A DNA stretch of 64,000 nucleotides. Origin: a virus. Shown here piece by piece: positions 26,275 through 36,700 of this stretch (within the stretch, counting starts at the first letter, position 1; each line of letters opens with the position of its first letter). The stretch covers positions 5,074 to 69,073 of IMG/VR virus record IMGVR_UViG_3300034073_004742; one strand, given 5' to 3'. The notes beneath the pieces are model-generated. The model did no database searches. It had not been told where the DNA came from and was given only the letters and a program-made list of their open reading frames with translations. A program made the translations under genes and the position numbers.

Positions 26275-28221
26275 TTATGAAGATAAATAATCAAAACCAT
26301 AGTCTGGTAATTTTTGTAATGGAAATCCATCAAAGTCACTAAAAGCGTATGCTCCATTACCTTTTAACATACCGGCTGCTACATCTGCTTTTATTAAAAA
26401 TGATCCGTTTGGAATAGTGTCCCATTCAGGATGTCCTCCAGAGTTCCAACTATTCCCACACCAAACAGCCCTTCCGTTTCTTCTAACATACATAATATGA
26501 TTAGGAATAGTAGCACAATATATTTTACCATTATAAGGTAATAATATTGGTTTTGTTCCATTATGTTCTCTTGGTGTTAGTGAAATTTCTTTTATATTAA
26601 GTCTATATTCTTTATGTCTAGTTATATTTTTATGACCATTTTTTCCATTATCTCTACCAATACGATCAACCTCTATTATATCTGCGGCTAATCCTATTTT
26701 TAGTATTAGTTCTTGCATATCATCTGCTAGTTTTTTTGAGGATGTATAATAATTAATTTTACCATTAGACCTAGAACCGTCTCCTAGCATCATAGCATCA
26801 AAAAATATTTTTTGTTGTCTTGATGACAAATTTTTTATATAGTCTGGGATATATTTTTGATGAGCTTTACCATAAATTTTCAATTTATTATATAAGTTTT
26901 TGTCATAAGACACCATATTCGAAGAAAATCTAAATGGTAGCTTATTTATACAATTTTGTATTATTTCTCTTGATTCTTTTTTATTCTGACTTATACCAAC
27001 TAATCCATAATATTTAATATCTCCATTAGACATTACTTTTTTATGATTACAAGTATGTCCTTCAGAAATAAAATATCCTAAAAATTCTAACCATAAGTCC
27101 ATAGATATAATATTTGAGCCTATTTTTATATTCTCGACTTCTTCCCCTTTCCATTTTGCATTTTTTTTAATATGAATATATTTAGGGCAATTTTGTGATT
27201 CTATTAATTGCCAAGAATCAATTTTATCTAAATCAGAATTTAACTTACCAATATACATATTATGATTATCTGTAACTAATAAATCTACTCCTCTAAAATG
27301 ATAATGATTTAAATAGCCATTATAATCATACTCAAATTTTTGTTGAATTTGTTGCCACTCTAAATAATGATTATTTGGATTTAATGTTGCTAATATGTCA
27401 GTGTCTGTTAAGTTTTTAAATAATTTCCATCCTGTTTTAGTAAGCACTTCAGTATCGTCTGAATAACAACCCCAACTATTTTGTACTAAAAACGCTGGTT
27501 CACTACCAGTATCATCACAAGCAATCCAGGCCATAGCGTGAGCCCAAGAACCTTGTGGTTTAGCAAAACCCTTATTATCTCTTTTATTACTAAAACCATA
27601 CATACTACAAACACTAATACCATAACCATTAGCTAAGGCATCTCGTGCTTCTTCTACTGTTCTTACTAAACTAACAGTTTTTACTTGATGATCATTAGCT
27701 AAATCTATAACTTTATCTGGTAGTCCTCGTCCTCCCCAACCAGCACCTAGCATACCTTGATATTTTGTTAAATCTATAACACCCTTATAATCTTTTCTGA
27801 CTAAAACTCCACCATACTTACTTACAAATTCTGCTGCTCTAGCACAACTCATACCCTGACCACCATGTCCTCTTGCTCCATAAATAGCTTCTGTTGCTCC
27901 TCTTGCTATCCATGCTTCTCTATTTCTCTTAACATCTATTTCTACAGCACGAGTAACATCTACCGCATTACGGGTAGAGTGGCTAACACAGTCACTCGTC
28001 ACCTGACGCTCATTATATGGATTCTTATCAAACTTCAAAACACTTTTGTATGGAGTAGATAGTTTACCCTTGCCTGTCCCAACTATTCTTTTTGCTCCAT
28101 CACCAAAATAAGCATATTTAGAAACTTCTAATAAATGATCAAAAATATGCTGTTCCCACAAGCACCCTTGAAATCCATCCTTATAAAGTTTGTATAATTG
28201 TTCTGGTGAGTATCTAGCCAT
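26275..28221 (-). CDS. Papain-like (C1A-type) cysteine peptidase interrupted by an intein (spliced product about 309 aa)
   Basis: ERQVTSDCVSH (Gln/Cys), WAHAMAWI (His), LVQNSWG (Asn). Confidence 0.8.
   Translation of the reverse strand: MARYSPEQLYKLYKDGFQGCLWEQHIFDHLLEVSKYAYFGDGAKRIVGTGKGKLSTPYKSVLKFDKNPYNERQVTSDCVSHSTRNAVDVTRAVEIDVKRNREAWIARGATEAIYGARGHGGQGMSCARAAEFVSKYGGVLVRKDYKGVIDLTKYQGMLGAGWGGRGLPDKVIDLANDHQVKTVSLVRTVEEARDALANGYGISVCSMYGFSNKRDNKGFAKPQGSWAHAMAWIACDDTGSEPAFLVQNSWGCYSDDTEVLTKTGWKLFKNLTDTDILATLNPNNHYLEWQQIQQKFEYDYNGYLNHYHFRGVDLLVTDNHNMYIGKLNSDLDKIDSWQLIESQNCPKYIHIKKNAKWKGEEVENIKIGSNIISMDLWLEFLGYFISEGHTCNHKKVMSNGDIKYYGLVGISQNKKESREIIQNCINKLPFRFSSNMVSYDKNLYNKLKIYGKAHQKYIPDYIKNLSSRQQKIFFDAMMLGDGSRSNGKINYYTSSKKLADDMQELILKIGLAADIIEVDRIGRDNGKNGHKNITRHKEYRLNIKEISLTPREHNGTKPILLPYNGKIYCATIPNHIMYVRRNGRAVWCGNSWNSGGHPEWDTIPNGSFLIKADVAAGMLKGNGAYAFSDFDGFPLQKLPDYGFDYLSS
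26452..27468 (-). mobile_element. Intein with LAGLIDADG endonuclease, 339 aa, Cys1 / Gly-Asn end / Ser+1
   Basis: CYSDDTEVLTKTGWK start, VTDNHNMY block B, FLGYFISEG and AMMLGDG, IYCATIPNH block F, ends VWCGN|S. Confidence 0.9.
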
Positions 28222-28721
28222 TATTTACTACCCTCATAAAAAGCCCATGCTAAACCATTAAAAGCTTCTACGGCCTTTTTCCTAAGTTCAGGATCTAGGG
28301 CTACATTATCGTCTCCGATATGCTGTACAACAACATAAGTAGCGGCCTGCGTTAGATCAGGATATTTACCCTTAAGATCAAGATTATAAAAAGCTCCAGC
28401 TATTTTATTAGCTTCTCTAATTTCATCGGTATTTTTAATTACTTCATTTTCACCATCTAGTTCTATTAGTCTTGCCAAGTCAGAGAATAATCCGCTTAAT
28501 TTCACACCATCAACTGATCGATCCGAGCTTCCGGATTTTAGGATCTCGGTTACTTTTTCACAATTATCCTTTAGTAACGGATCCAACGGAGCTAATACCG
28601 ATGGAATATGATTTATTGGATTGGTGGATAGATTATTTTTAATAACTGGTCCAAGTAATCCGTATGTTAATAATAGTCCTCCAATAACTAGAACTATTAT
28701 ATTGGTATTTTTAATATTCAT
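28221..28721 (-). CDS. Membrane-anchored hypothetical protein
   Basis: N-terminal TM (IIVLVIGGLLLTYGLLG); start taken at MNIKN. Confidence 0.65.
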   Translation of the reverse strand: MNIKNTNIIVLVIGGLLLTYGLLGPVIKNNLSTNPINHIPSVLAPLDPLLKDNCEKVTEILKSGSSDRSVDGVKLSGLFSDLARLIELDGENEVIKNTDEIREANKIAGAFYNLDLKGKYPDLTQAATYVVVQHIGDDNVALDPELRKKAVEAFNGLAWAFYEGSK

Positions 28722-29053
28722 TTTGTCTCCTGGCCGCATGTGTTGGGACTAAGATGTGGAAATGCGCTATCTAAAACCTCAACAGCTTTTGGACACTTCA
28801 TTTTTTCTGCTAAATCCCTAGTATTTTTCCAACTACTAATTAATTTTAGAAAATCATTATCATTTTTTGCAACAGCAGATTCTGTACTGACTCTGTTTAT
28901 CAATTTACCAATAAGCCCAGAGACATAATCTTTAACTGGTACTAATTTATCCTTAAATAGTACAAATAATATAAGAGCGGCTCCTCCATAAACCATTAGA
29001 TCTGTTCCTGATAATCTACTACTAAATTCTTGAAAACTTTCGGCATAATTCAT
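28718..29053 (-). CDS. Single-pass membrane hypothetical protein
   Basis: LMVYGGAALILFVLF TM segment. Confidence 0.65.
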   Translation of the reverse strand: MNYAESFQEFSSRLSGTDLMVYGGAALILFVLFKDKLVPVKDYVSGLIGKLINRVSTESAVAKNDNDFLKLISSWKNTRDLAEKMKCPKAVEVLDSAFPHLSPNTCGQETK

Positions 29054-29066
29054 AAGATTCGTCCTT

Positions 29067-29495
29067 TCAGACTAGATAATTGTGTTGAACTGTTAATTTT
29101 GGTTTAAAAACACCCGCTTCTCTAAAGATTTTAACCATACTATCAATTGTTGAACTGACCAAAATCATGAGAAAACTTTTAACATAAGAATGAATGTACC
29201 CTTCTATTATGTGCGGCACAACTGGAATGTCAACTGCTAAAAATAAGCTATCGTAAAATTTACTAATCATGCTCATAGCTAGCTCTTTTTTTTGTGGACT
29301 ACTTAAATCCCGACCAATAATTTCTATAATTTGAATGATACTAGCTATTGCTAATTGCAATAGTTTCCATGCTTGATCTATTGCAAATCTTTTAATATCC
29401 TTATATGATTCTTTTGTTCTACTTATTAGTTTTTCTACTTCGTTTAGTATTAGTTCTTGGCTTTTTGGTGTTTCTGGACTTTCTTGGTTTGTCAT
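29067..29495 (-). CDS. Hypothetical protein
   Basis: Start MTNQES preceded by AGGAG; overlaps the upstream gene by 77 nt. Confidence 0.6.
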   Translation of the reverse strand: MTNQESPETPKSQELILNEVEKLISRTKESYKDIKRFAIDQAWKLLQLAIASIIQIIEIIGRDLSSPQKKELAMSMISKFYDSLFLAVDIPVVPHIIEGYIHSYVKSFLMILVSSTIDSMVKIFREAGVFKPKLTVQHNYLV

Positions 29496-29763
29496 CTTTT
29501 TTCTCCTCATTAACAACTGGTACGGTATTGACAACTTCTGGTGTAATTTCTGTTTTAATATTTTTTCTACTATTAATATACTTATATAATATTACAAATT
29601 GACCACCAATGAGAATGCAACTTTCTACAGCATGACTAACAACACTAATAAGTTCTTCTTTATTAGTATGATCATTAATGATACCGGTCAGATATAATCC
29701 ACTAAAAATAAAACTAACGAGTGTAAACCAGAACTCACTTGTGCGATAGCCGGGTTTAATCAT
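29419..29763 (-). CDS. Holin-like membrane protein
   Basis: KPGYRTSEFW N-terminal motif, two hydrophobic helices, basic C-terminal tail; holin function is inference. Confidence 0.45.
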   Translation of the reverse strand: MIKPGYRTSEFWFTLVSFIFSGLYLTGIINDHTNKEELISVVSHAVESCILIGGQFVILYKYINSRKNIKTEITPEVVNTVPVVNEEKKDDKPRKSRNTKKPRTNTKRSRKTNK

Positions 29764-29792
29764 AATTTATCTCCAAAAATAAATACTAAATA

Positions 29793-29803
29793 ACAATACA
29801 CCA
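29793..29803 (-). promoter_or_regulatory. Recurrent promoter-like motif TGGTGTATTGT
   Basis: 30 nt upstream of the holin-like gene. Confidence 0.55.
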
Positions 29804-29825
29804 TACTGATTTTTATTATTGTTTA

Positions 29826-29939
29826 TCAAATTTTACGGTTTTTAAAGCTTGATTGAATATATTTTGTTTTATATCGTAAAAATATTCCGTTGTAATTATC
29901 GTATGTTGCCATGCCAACTGTTAATAATTTTTGACTCAT
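29826..29939 (-). pseudogene. 37-aa glycosyltransferase N-terminal stub (not in ORF track)
   Basis: MSQKLLTVGMATYDNYNGIF resembles a GT2 first strand (LTxGMATYD), followed by an unrelated tail and stop. Confidence 0.45.
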
Positions 29940-29943
29940 AAAA

Positions 29944-30420
29944 TTATTGATTCACCAATGACTCCCATAATTCAATATCTGTTGCATATATTTCACGAAC
30001 TCTATTTTCTTGTTCTGGCGTTAAAACGGGTTTATTTTCACTAGCATCCAAATGTGGCAATGGCACGGTAATTCCAAGCCAATCTGCACAGTCTTGTAGT
30101 TGCGTTTCAAATAAAAATGCTCTGTCATAATTTGTAATATGGCAGAACTCACAACCGTATATTGGATTTTCTAATTGTTCTTCAACTGTTCTATTTCTAT
30201 GAGCCACCATAGATCGAAATCTTTCAATTGGATTTCTAACAATAACACATTTTTGACCATTGTCTTGGCTAATTGGATAAAAATAAGCAGGATGATAAGA
30301 GTCTGTTATTTCTATATCTGGATAAAAGGATTGTAACATAGCCATTGCTATTGAGTGCGATCCACTGCGAGGAATTAGAATTATACTATTTCCATTCGGG
30401 CTTGTTAATATGCTTGGCAT
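29944..30420 (-). CDS. Minimal sulfotransferase-like protein
   Basis: LIPRSGSHSI and IVRNPIERFRS. Confidence 0.6.
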   Translation of the reverse strand: MPSILTSPNGNSIILIPRSGSHSIAMAMLQSFYPDIEITDSYHPAYFYPISQDNGQKCVIVRNPIERFRSMVAHRNRTVEEQLENPIYGCEFCHITNYDRAFLFETQLQDCADWLGITVPLPHLDASENKPVLTPEQENRVREIYATDIELWESLVNQ

Positions 30421-30422
30421 AA

Positions 30423-31826
30423 TTATGTAAAGTAAAGTATTACTGCTCCTGTTTCTCTAGTTTCATTTGTACCGTATCCATTACCGCCACCTATACCACC
30501 AGAAATAAATCCTCCTACTTTATTAAAATAGCTACCAGCACCAAATACATTTGGATTACTAGGATTAATATTTTCTATATTTGTGGTTGGGTCTATTCCT
30601 AATAGATTTAATACGGCAAATAGACCATCTACATCTGTTGCTTTAAATACTATATGTCCTCCAATATTTTGTGAGGTATTTCCACCAACCGCCCCCGCAG
30701 ACCAAACTCCGTTACCCAAATATTGTGTTGATCCTCCTATAGCTCCACCGTCTCCGCCAGAAAATTCTCCACCGTTAAATTTGAGAGTTCCATTGCTTGC
30801 TCTACCGCCACCAAATCCAGTAATAGTCGTTCCATTATATGTTACTGTTGTATTATTACCGGGCGCATCAAAATTGGTATTACTAACAGCAGCACCAACT
30901 GTATAAGCTACAGAAGAGCCACTATTAACATTCCAAGTTTTATATGCTGTTCCACCAGCGGATCTTTGATAATTTCCACCACTTCCAATAGCCCATGCTT
31001 TCATAGTGGTGGCACCAGTTGGTACTGTATATGAAGAACCCGTTGTTAGCACGACTGCCATTGGTGAAAATTGTGTCGCAGTGGTGGGTGTTGTCGTTGG
31101 TGTTGCTGTTGTTGTTGGGGTTGTTGTTGCTGTTGTTGGGGTTGTTGTTGGAGTTTCTGTTGGTGTTGTTGTGGGTGTTGTTGTGGTGGTTATGCTTGCT
31201 ATTGATAATATCGCTGTAGCGGTGGGGTTCTGCCCATATGGACCTTCATCTTTCATCCAGCGAACGACAAGATGCTCGCCCTCAGTCACAGAGGCAGTGC
31301 CGGTCAGCGTACTACCACCAATGGCGCTATTAGATATCGCAGTGCCGCCAGAGATAGTGGAGCTGCTTGACCATTCATGCTGACTAGGTGTTCCAGCATG
31401 ACGAAACAGTCTTGCTTCGCCCTGATAACCGCTGCCAGAAAGCGATATAGACCATGATAACGTTCCAGTCTGGTTGACCAACAGCCATACGCGATGATCC
31501 TCGTCATCTGTTGCAGCATTTCCGCCCCCTACAGTGACCGTCATCGGACTGCCAGACGTTCCCTGACCAGACACGCTGTACTGATCTGGGAATGGATTTA
31601 CGTTGTCAGCAGATGCCTTGTAATAATTAGAAAATGATAAATTGTTTTGTGCTGCTGGAGTAGCCGTGGGCGTAAGAGTGGTCGTTGTGGTTGGAGTTGG
31701 TGTAGGCGCAATCGTTGTGGTTTGACTCGGAGTTGGTGTGGGCGTAATAGATTCCTCTGATTTTCTAACCTTGATAGATCCATTACTATTTAATGCTTTA
31801 TTTAAATTAATTTTAAAAACAGTCAT
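30423..31826 (-). CDS. Modular Pro/Thr-linker protein with Gly-rich C-terminal domain (tail fibre/adhesin-like)
   Basis: Two Thr/Pro tracts flanking a GC-rich beta-rich module; LTTGSSYTVPTGATTMKAWAIGSGG Gly-rich domain. Confidence 0.7.
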   Translation of the reverse strand: MTVFKINLNKALNSNGSIKVRKSEESITPTPTPSQTTTIAPTPTPTTTTTLTPTATPAAQNNLSFSNYYKASADNVNPFPDQYSVSGQGTSGSPMTVTVGGGNAATDDEDHRVWLLVNQTGTLSWSISLSGSGYQGEARLFRHAGTPSQHEWSSSSTISGGTAISNSAIGGSTLTGTASVTEGEHLVVRWMKDEGPYGQNPTATAILSIASITTTTTPTTTPTETPTTTPTTATTTPTTTATPTTTPTTATQFSPMAVVLTTGSSYTVPTGATTMKAWAIGSGGNYQRSAGGTAYKTWNVNSGSSVAYTVGAAVSNTNFDAPGNNTTVTYNGTTITGFGGGRASNGTLKFNGGEFSGGDGGAIGGSTQYLGNGVWSAGAVGGNTSQNIGGHIVFKATDVDGLFAVLNLLGIDPTTNIENINPSNPNVFGAGSYFNKVGGFISGGIGGGNGYGTNETRETGAVILYFT

Positions 31827-31836
31827 AATTTAAATC

Positions 31837-32040
31837 TTATAGAGTTCCTGAGCCTATTGTATAGTAGCGAATATCATCAAATCTTTCATCATATTTATTT
31901 TCTATATCAGTAATAACTGGTTTATTATAAACGTTAGAGTTTTGATATTGAAAACTATTTGTAAAAGGAGAAGGAGATACTACAAGAGTGCCATGTTTGA
32001 TAGCTTGATCACTTTTTGATAAACCAATATCATTTGCCAT
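31837..32040 (-). CDS. Small hypothetical protein
   Basis: 67 aa, tight packing. Confidence 0.6.
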   Translation of the reverse strand: MANDIGLSKSDQAIKHGTLVVSPSPFTNSFQYQNSNVYNKPVITDIENKYDERFDDIRYYTIGSGTL

Positions 32041-32041
32041 A

Positions 32042-32362
32042 TTATGCCCTTTCTATTCTTTCTTCTAATGCTTCTAGTGTTTTGCCTAGTGTGACTAATT
32101 GAATTTTGAGTTCGTTCATAACTTCTGTGTTTCGTTGTAATGCAGAGGCGAACGCTGCTTGGCTCTCTTTATTAGCTGCTAATCTTTCCATAATAAATTG
32201 ACGATCTTGAGAATACGGACTTTGAGTTTCTATCATATGTAAAACATCATTTTTTGTGGCCATATTTTTTCCTACTGTTACCCAAAATCCCACAAGGGTC
32301 ACAACTATTCCGAAACTTGTGGTAGCAACTACTTGCCAAAAATCGATAATATTTTCATTCAT
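32042..32362 (-). CDS. N-terminal TM plus coiled-coil protein
   Basis: VVATTSFGIVVTLVGFWVTV followed by a heptad-rich C-terminus. Confidence 0.7.
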   Translation of the reverse strand: MNENIIDFWQVVATTSFGIVVTLVGFWVTVGKNMATKNDVLHMIETQSPYSQDRQFIMERLAANKESQAAFASALQRNTEVMNELKIQLVTLGKTLEALEERIERA

Positions 32363-32400
32363 AATATAATCTCTATAGTTATGATTAGTAAAATAATAAT

Positions 32401-32411
32401 ATTATACACCA
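32401..32411 (-). promoter_or_regulatory. Recurrent promoter-like motif TGGTGTATAAT
   Basis: 39 nt upstream of the 32362 start. Confidence 0.6.
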
Positions 32412-32436
32412 AAATAAACTTATTAAATTTTATATA

Positions 32437-33741
32437 TTATGGCACAAAATTGTATTGCTGACCGGAATAATATTCTGTTTTAGATGGTGTGACTGTTGGC
32501 GTTGTTGTTGGAGTAGGTGTTTCTGAGGATGTTAACGAAATTGTGGGTGTTGGAGTTGGTGTTTCCGAAGATGTTGGAGTTGGTGTGGAGGTTGGTGTTT
32601 CTGAAGGTGTTAGGGTGGGGGTTGGTGTGGGAGTTGGTGTTTCCGAAGATGTTTGTGTAGGAGTTGGTGTTGCGGTCAATTCTATTGAAGAGCTAGGAGT
32701 CTGGGTCTGTGTCACAGAAGCTGTTGGAGTAGGGGTTAATGTGGATGTTAGTGTCGAAGTAAAAGTTGGAGTGTTTGTATTTGTTATTGATGGTGTTGGA
32801 GTTAATGTTTGAGTATTGCTTGGAGTCAATGTTGGTGTTGGAGTTGATGTTGGTTGTGATGTGGATGTTACTGTTGGGGTCTTTGTTTGGGTGGGCGTTT
32901 TTGTAGGAGTTCTTGTTTGTGTTGGTGTTTTTGTTGGTGTTTTTGTTGGTGTTCTGGTTGGCGTTTTTGTAGGTGTTCTGGTTGGATTCGGAGTTTTAGT
33001 GGGAGTTCGTGTTTGTGTTGGTGTTGGTGTGCTAGTTTTTGTTGGTGTTGGAGTAATAGTAGGTGTTAGAGTATTGGTAGGAGTATTTGTTGGAGTTGGA
33101 GTTGGTGTTTTTGATGGTAAAATAATAGGACTAGTACTACTACAATTAATAAATAAATTACTAATAATATTAACTAAATCACCATTTGTTTGTATCGGAT
33201 CACTAGTATACAAAGGATTTGTCACACCTTTTTTATATAGTTTTATTATGTGATAATTATTTTCTTTACTATTTTTACTAGTATTATAATTTTTGAAATC
33301 TAATGATAAATTACAAGAACAAGGCCGAATTATTTCGGCAGATGCGCAAAAATTGCCAATATTATCAAACCATGTTCCAGTATCAAAGATACCCAAATAA
33401 AGATATCCTGTTGTTGATGCTGTAAATATATGATTAGTTCCTATTGTAATACTATTATTTGTAGTAAAAGGTATTGTGCTACTATTTATATTAGATATAA
33501 CACCAAAAGCAGTATTATAGTACAGTCCATTGAATCCATTTGCGTCGCTATTACAAAAAGTTCCATAATAACATGATACGCATCCTCTAACATTCACAGA
33601 AACTATATCTCCAGCATTTACAAACAATGATGTGTTTTTTAAGGTTGAGCCATCATTATAGTTTAATCTGGTTTCATTATTATTACAAATTGTTTCAATA
33701 ATATTAGAACAATTATTTTGTATATTATTAGTATTATTCAT
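32437..33741 (-). CDS. Lectin-like (possibly LecA/PA-IL-like) domain plus long Pro/Thr tail
   Basis: [13 protein letters not shown]...[17 protein letters not shown]; about 210 aa of PT repeats. Confidence 0.6.
   Translation of the reverse strand: MNNTNNIQNNCSNIIETICNNNETRLNYNDGSTLKNTSLFVNAGDIVSVNVRGCVSCYYGTFCNSDANGFNGLYYNTAFGVISNINSSTIPFTTNNSITIGTNHIFTASTTGYLYLGIFDTGTWFDNIGNFCASAEIIRPCSCNLSLDFKNYNTSKNSKENNYHIIKLYKKGVTNPLYTSDPIQTNGDLVNIISNLFINCSSTSPIILPSKTPTPTPTNTPTNTLTPTITPTPTKTSTPTPTQTRTPTKTPNPTRTPTKTPTRTPTKTPTKTPTQTRTPTKTPTQTKTPTVTSTSQPTSTPTPTLTPSNTQTLTPTPSITNTNTPTFTSTLTSTLTPTPTASVTQTQTPSSSIELTATPTPTQTSSETPTPTPTPTLTPSETPTSTPTPTSSETPTPTPTISLTSSETPTPTTTPTVTPSKTEYYSGQQYNFVP
32480..33115 (-). 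repeat. Pro/Thr repeats ([16 protein letters not shown] units)
   Basis: Direct reading of the translation. Confidence 0.9.
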
Positions 33742-33759
33742 AATGTATTACTTAAAATT

Positions 33760-36700
33760 TTATGTTGTAATTATTCTTTCTGTCCAAGAAATTCCACTAT
33801 CAGTACTGGTATAAATATGTCCGACATATACAGTGGAAACTAGTTTGGTTCCATCGGCACTACTAGTAATACGATACCAGTTTCGATTATTTTCTCTCGC
33901 TATCCAAGACACCCCACTATCAATACTTGTATAAATTTGTCCATTTTCTACAACAGCAGCAAGTTTAGTTCCATCACTACTACTGGTTATATCTATCCAT
34001 TGTCTTTGTCCTGATGCAAATCGTGCAATCCAAGTTGCGCCACTATCGGAACTAGTATAAATATATCCATTATATACAGTTGCTGCTAATTTAGTTCCAT
34101 CACTGCTGCTGGTTATAGCAGTCCAAGCATGAACCATATTAGAAATAGATCTGACTGTCCAATTTACTCCGCTATCAGAACTAGTGTAAATATCTCCATT
34201 ATTAATTGATACTGCTAATTTTACACCATCACTACTACTAGTAACTCTAATTAAACCAGCAGAAATTGTGGTTATTCTGTTCGTCCAATTAGCTCCACTA
34301 TCAATACTAGTCGAGACTCCACCGCTATTACTTGCAACTAGCTTAACCCCATTAGAATTACTAGCTATATCAATCCAAAATATATAATTATTATTTTTTA
34401 GTGTCCAATTGATTCCACTATCGGAACTAGTATAAACATCACCATTACCTATAATTGCTACAAGATTATTTCCATCGTCACTACTAGCAATAGCTTTCCA
34501 TTGTCGATTACTTTGTGTTGCTAGTCTTGCTATCCAGTTGGTCCCACTGTCACTACTTGTATAAATTTGTCCATTCCAAGCAACAGCAGCAAGTTTAGTT
34601 CCATCACTACTACTGGTAATATCGCTCCATGGTTTGCTATAGTTTGTTGGAGTAACTGTTGGCGTGACTGTTGGTGTAGTGTTTGGTGTTGTCGCGGGAG
34701 TAGATGTTAGCGTAATAGTTGGCGTTGGAGTAGTTGTTTGGGTTACTGTATTTGTGGGAGTAACTGTTGGTGTTACTGTTGGAGTAAGAGTATTAGTCTG
34801 GGTGGTTGTTGGTGTAACTGTGTTAGATGGAGTAACTGTTGGAGACACTGTTGGTGTTGCCGTATTGGTAGGAGTAACTGTCGGTGTTACTGTGTTCGAT
34901 GTAGTAACAGCTGGTGTTGCTGTAACTGTTGGCGTTGTCGTATTGGATGGAGTAACTGTTGGGGTTACAGTATTACTCGGAGTAACTGTTGGGGTTGCAG
35001 TATTACTCGGAGTAACTGTTGGGGTTGCAGTATTACTCGGAGTAACTGTTGGGGTCGCAGTATTACTCGGAGTAACTGTTGGAGTAACTGTGTTGGATGG
35101 AGACACCGTCGGCGTTACTGTTGGAGTAACTGTGTTAGATGGAGACACCGTTGGCGTTGCTGTTGGAGTAATACTACTTGTAGGAGTAACTGTCGAAGTG
35201 GCTGTTGGTGTGGTGGTTGGTGTTGTTGTTGGAGTAGATGTTGGCGTAATAGTTGGTGTTGGAGTAGGCTTGGGAGTATTTAGTATAATTTTAATAGATT
35301 GATTTTTAATATCACAATAATTATTTTTAATATGAGGATTATAAGAATTTATAGTTGGTTGAATATATGATTGATTATTACTAATAATTTTAATATGATT
35401 GCTACAAGAGATGTTATTGGATTGTACAACGTGAGGATTAATATGATTAATAGTTGGTGGAGTATACAGCATATTATTTCCAATAATTTTTATAGAAGAG
35501 TTATTTGAACATTGTTTTTGATATGTTATTGGTTCAACATAAGGATTGTCGCATCCGTAGCATCTAGACTCTTTTGTTGATGCTTTGATAGTGCTTCCAT
35601 TGGAACTAGCACAATTACCATAAATTATTATTTGATATTTATCAGTATAAAAATTAGTTATTTCAATAGGATCGAATGTGATATTTGTAGAATTAATAAC
35701 GCAATTATTTTTTTCAACATATTCTTCTACACATATATAATAACAGCATTCTCCAACACAAGACGATGGAAGCGGCGTAGATGCTGGTGTTGGCGTTGGC
35801 GTGAGTGTGGGAGTTGCTGATGGTGGTGGTCGCGGACTTGGGGACGAAGATGGTAATGGCGGAGACGGTGGACTCGGAGGACTAGGTGGCGATGGTGGAC
35901 TTGGTGGACTTGGTGGACTTGGAGGCGATGGAGGACTTGGTGGGCTTGGAGGTGATGGAGGACTTGGTGGCGATGGTGGACTCGGTGGACTTGGAGGTGA
36001 TGGTGGACTTGGTGGACTTGGTGGCGACGGAGGACTTGGCGGCGATGGTGGACTTGGTGGCGAAGGCGGCGATGGTGGACTTGGTGGCGAAGGCGGCGAT
36101 GGTGGACTTGGTGGCGAAGGCGGCGACGGTGGACTTGGAGGCGATGGTGGACTTGGTGGACTTGGTGGACTTGGTGGACTTGGCGGCGAAGGCGGACTTG
36201 GTGGACTTGGTGGCGACGGAGGACTTGGCGGCGAAGGCGGACTTGGTGGACTTGGTGGCGAAGGCGGCGATGGTGGACTTGGCGGCGATGGTGGACTTGG
36301 CGGTGAAGGAGGACTTGGTGGCGAAGGCGGCGATGGTGGACTCGGTGGACTCGGAGGACTAGGTGGCGACGGAGGACCGGGTGGCGGTGGCGGTGGTGGC
36401 GGCGAACAACCCTCGCTACTACAAGAAGGACACTGAGGACAAGCAGATGCTCCGCCGCCTTCTTCTATACATTGACCACACGTTGGACTAGAAGGATTGG
36501 TATCGCAAAATAGAAATTTAGTACAGCACGGATCTTGTTCTGGACAAGGATCCTCTGGTGTGCAGACTTTAACTAGGTTGTTCGGGCTGTTTGGGCAACA
36601 ACGACTCTCAGGATTTACTCCATCAGTTTCTTGATTAAAAATTATATTACAATCGTTTTCATCTTTACCCATATAACAACTACCTTGTACTAATCCTGTA

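Noticed and set aside
21841-35302. Plus-strand Val/Gly-rich ORFs (VGVGV...) at 21841, 22264, 25357, 31006, 32489, 32816, 34664 and similar
   Set aside because: Antisense shadows of Pro/Thr repeats; ACN/CCN codons give no stops on the opposite strand.
35801-36436. Gly-rich collagen/elastin-like ORF (GGLGGDGGL) and the MVDLVDL ORF
   Set aside because: Antisense shadows of the (SPP)n tract; the minus-strand frame continues into real domains on both sides.
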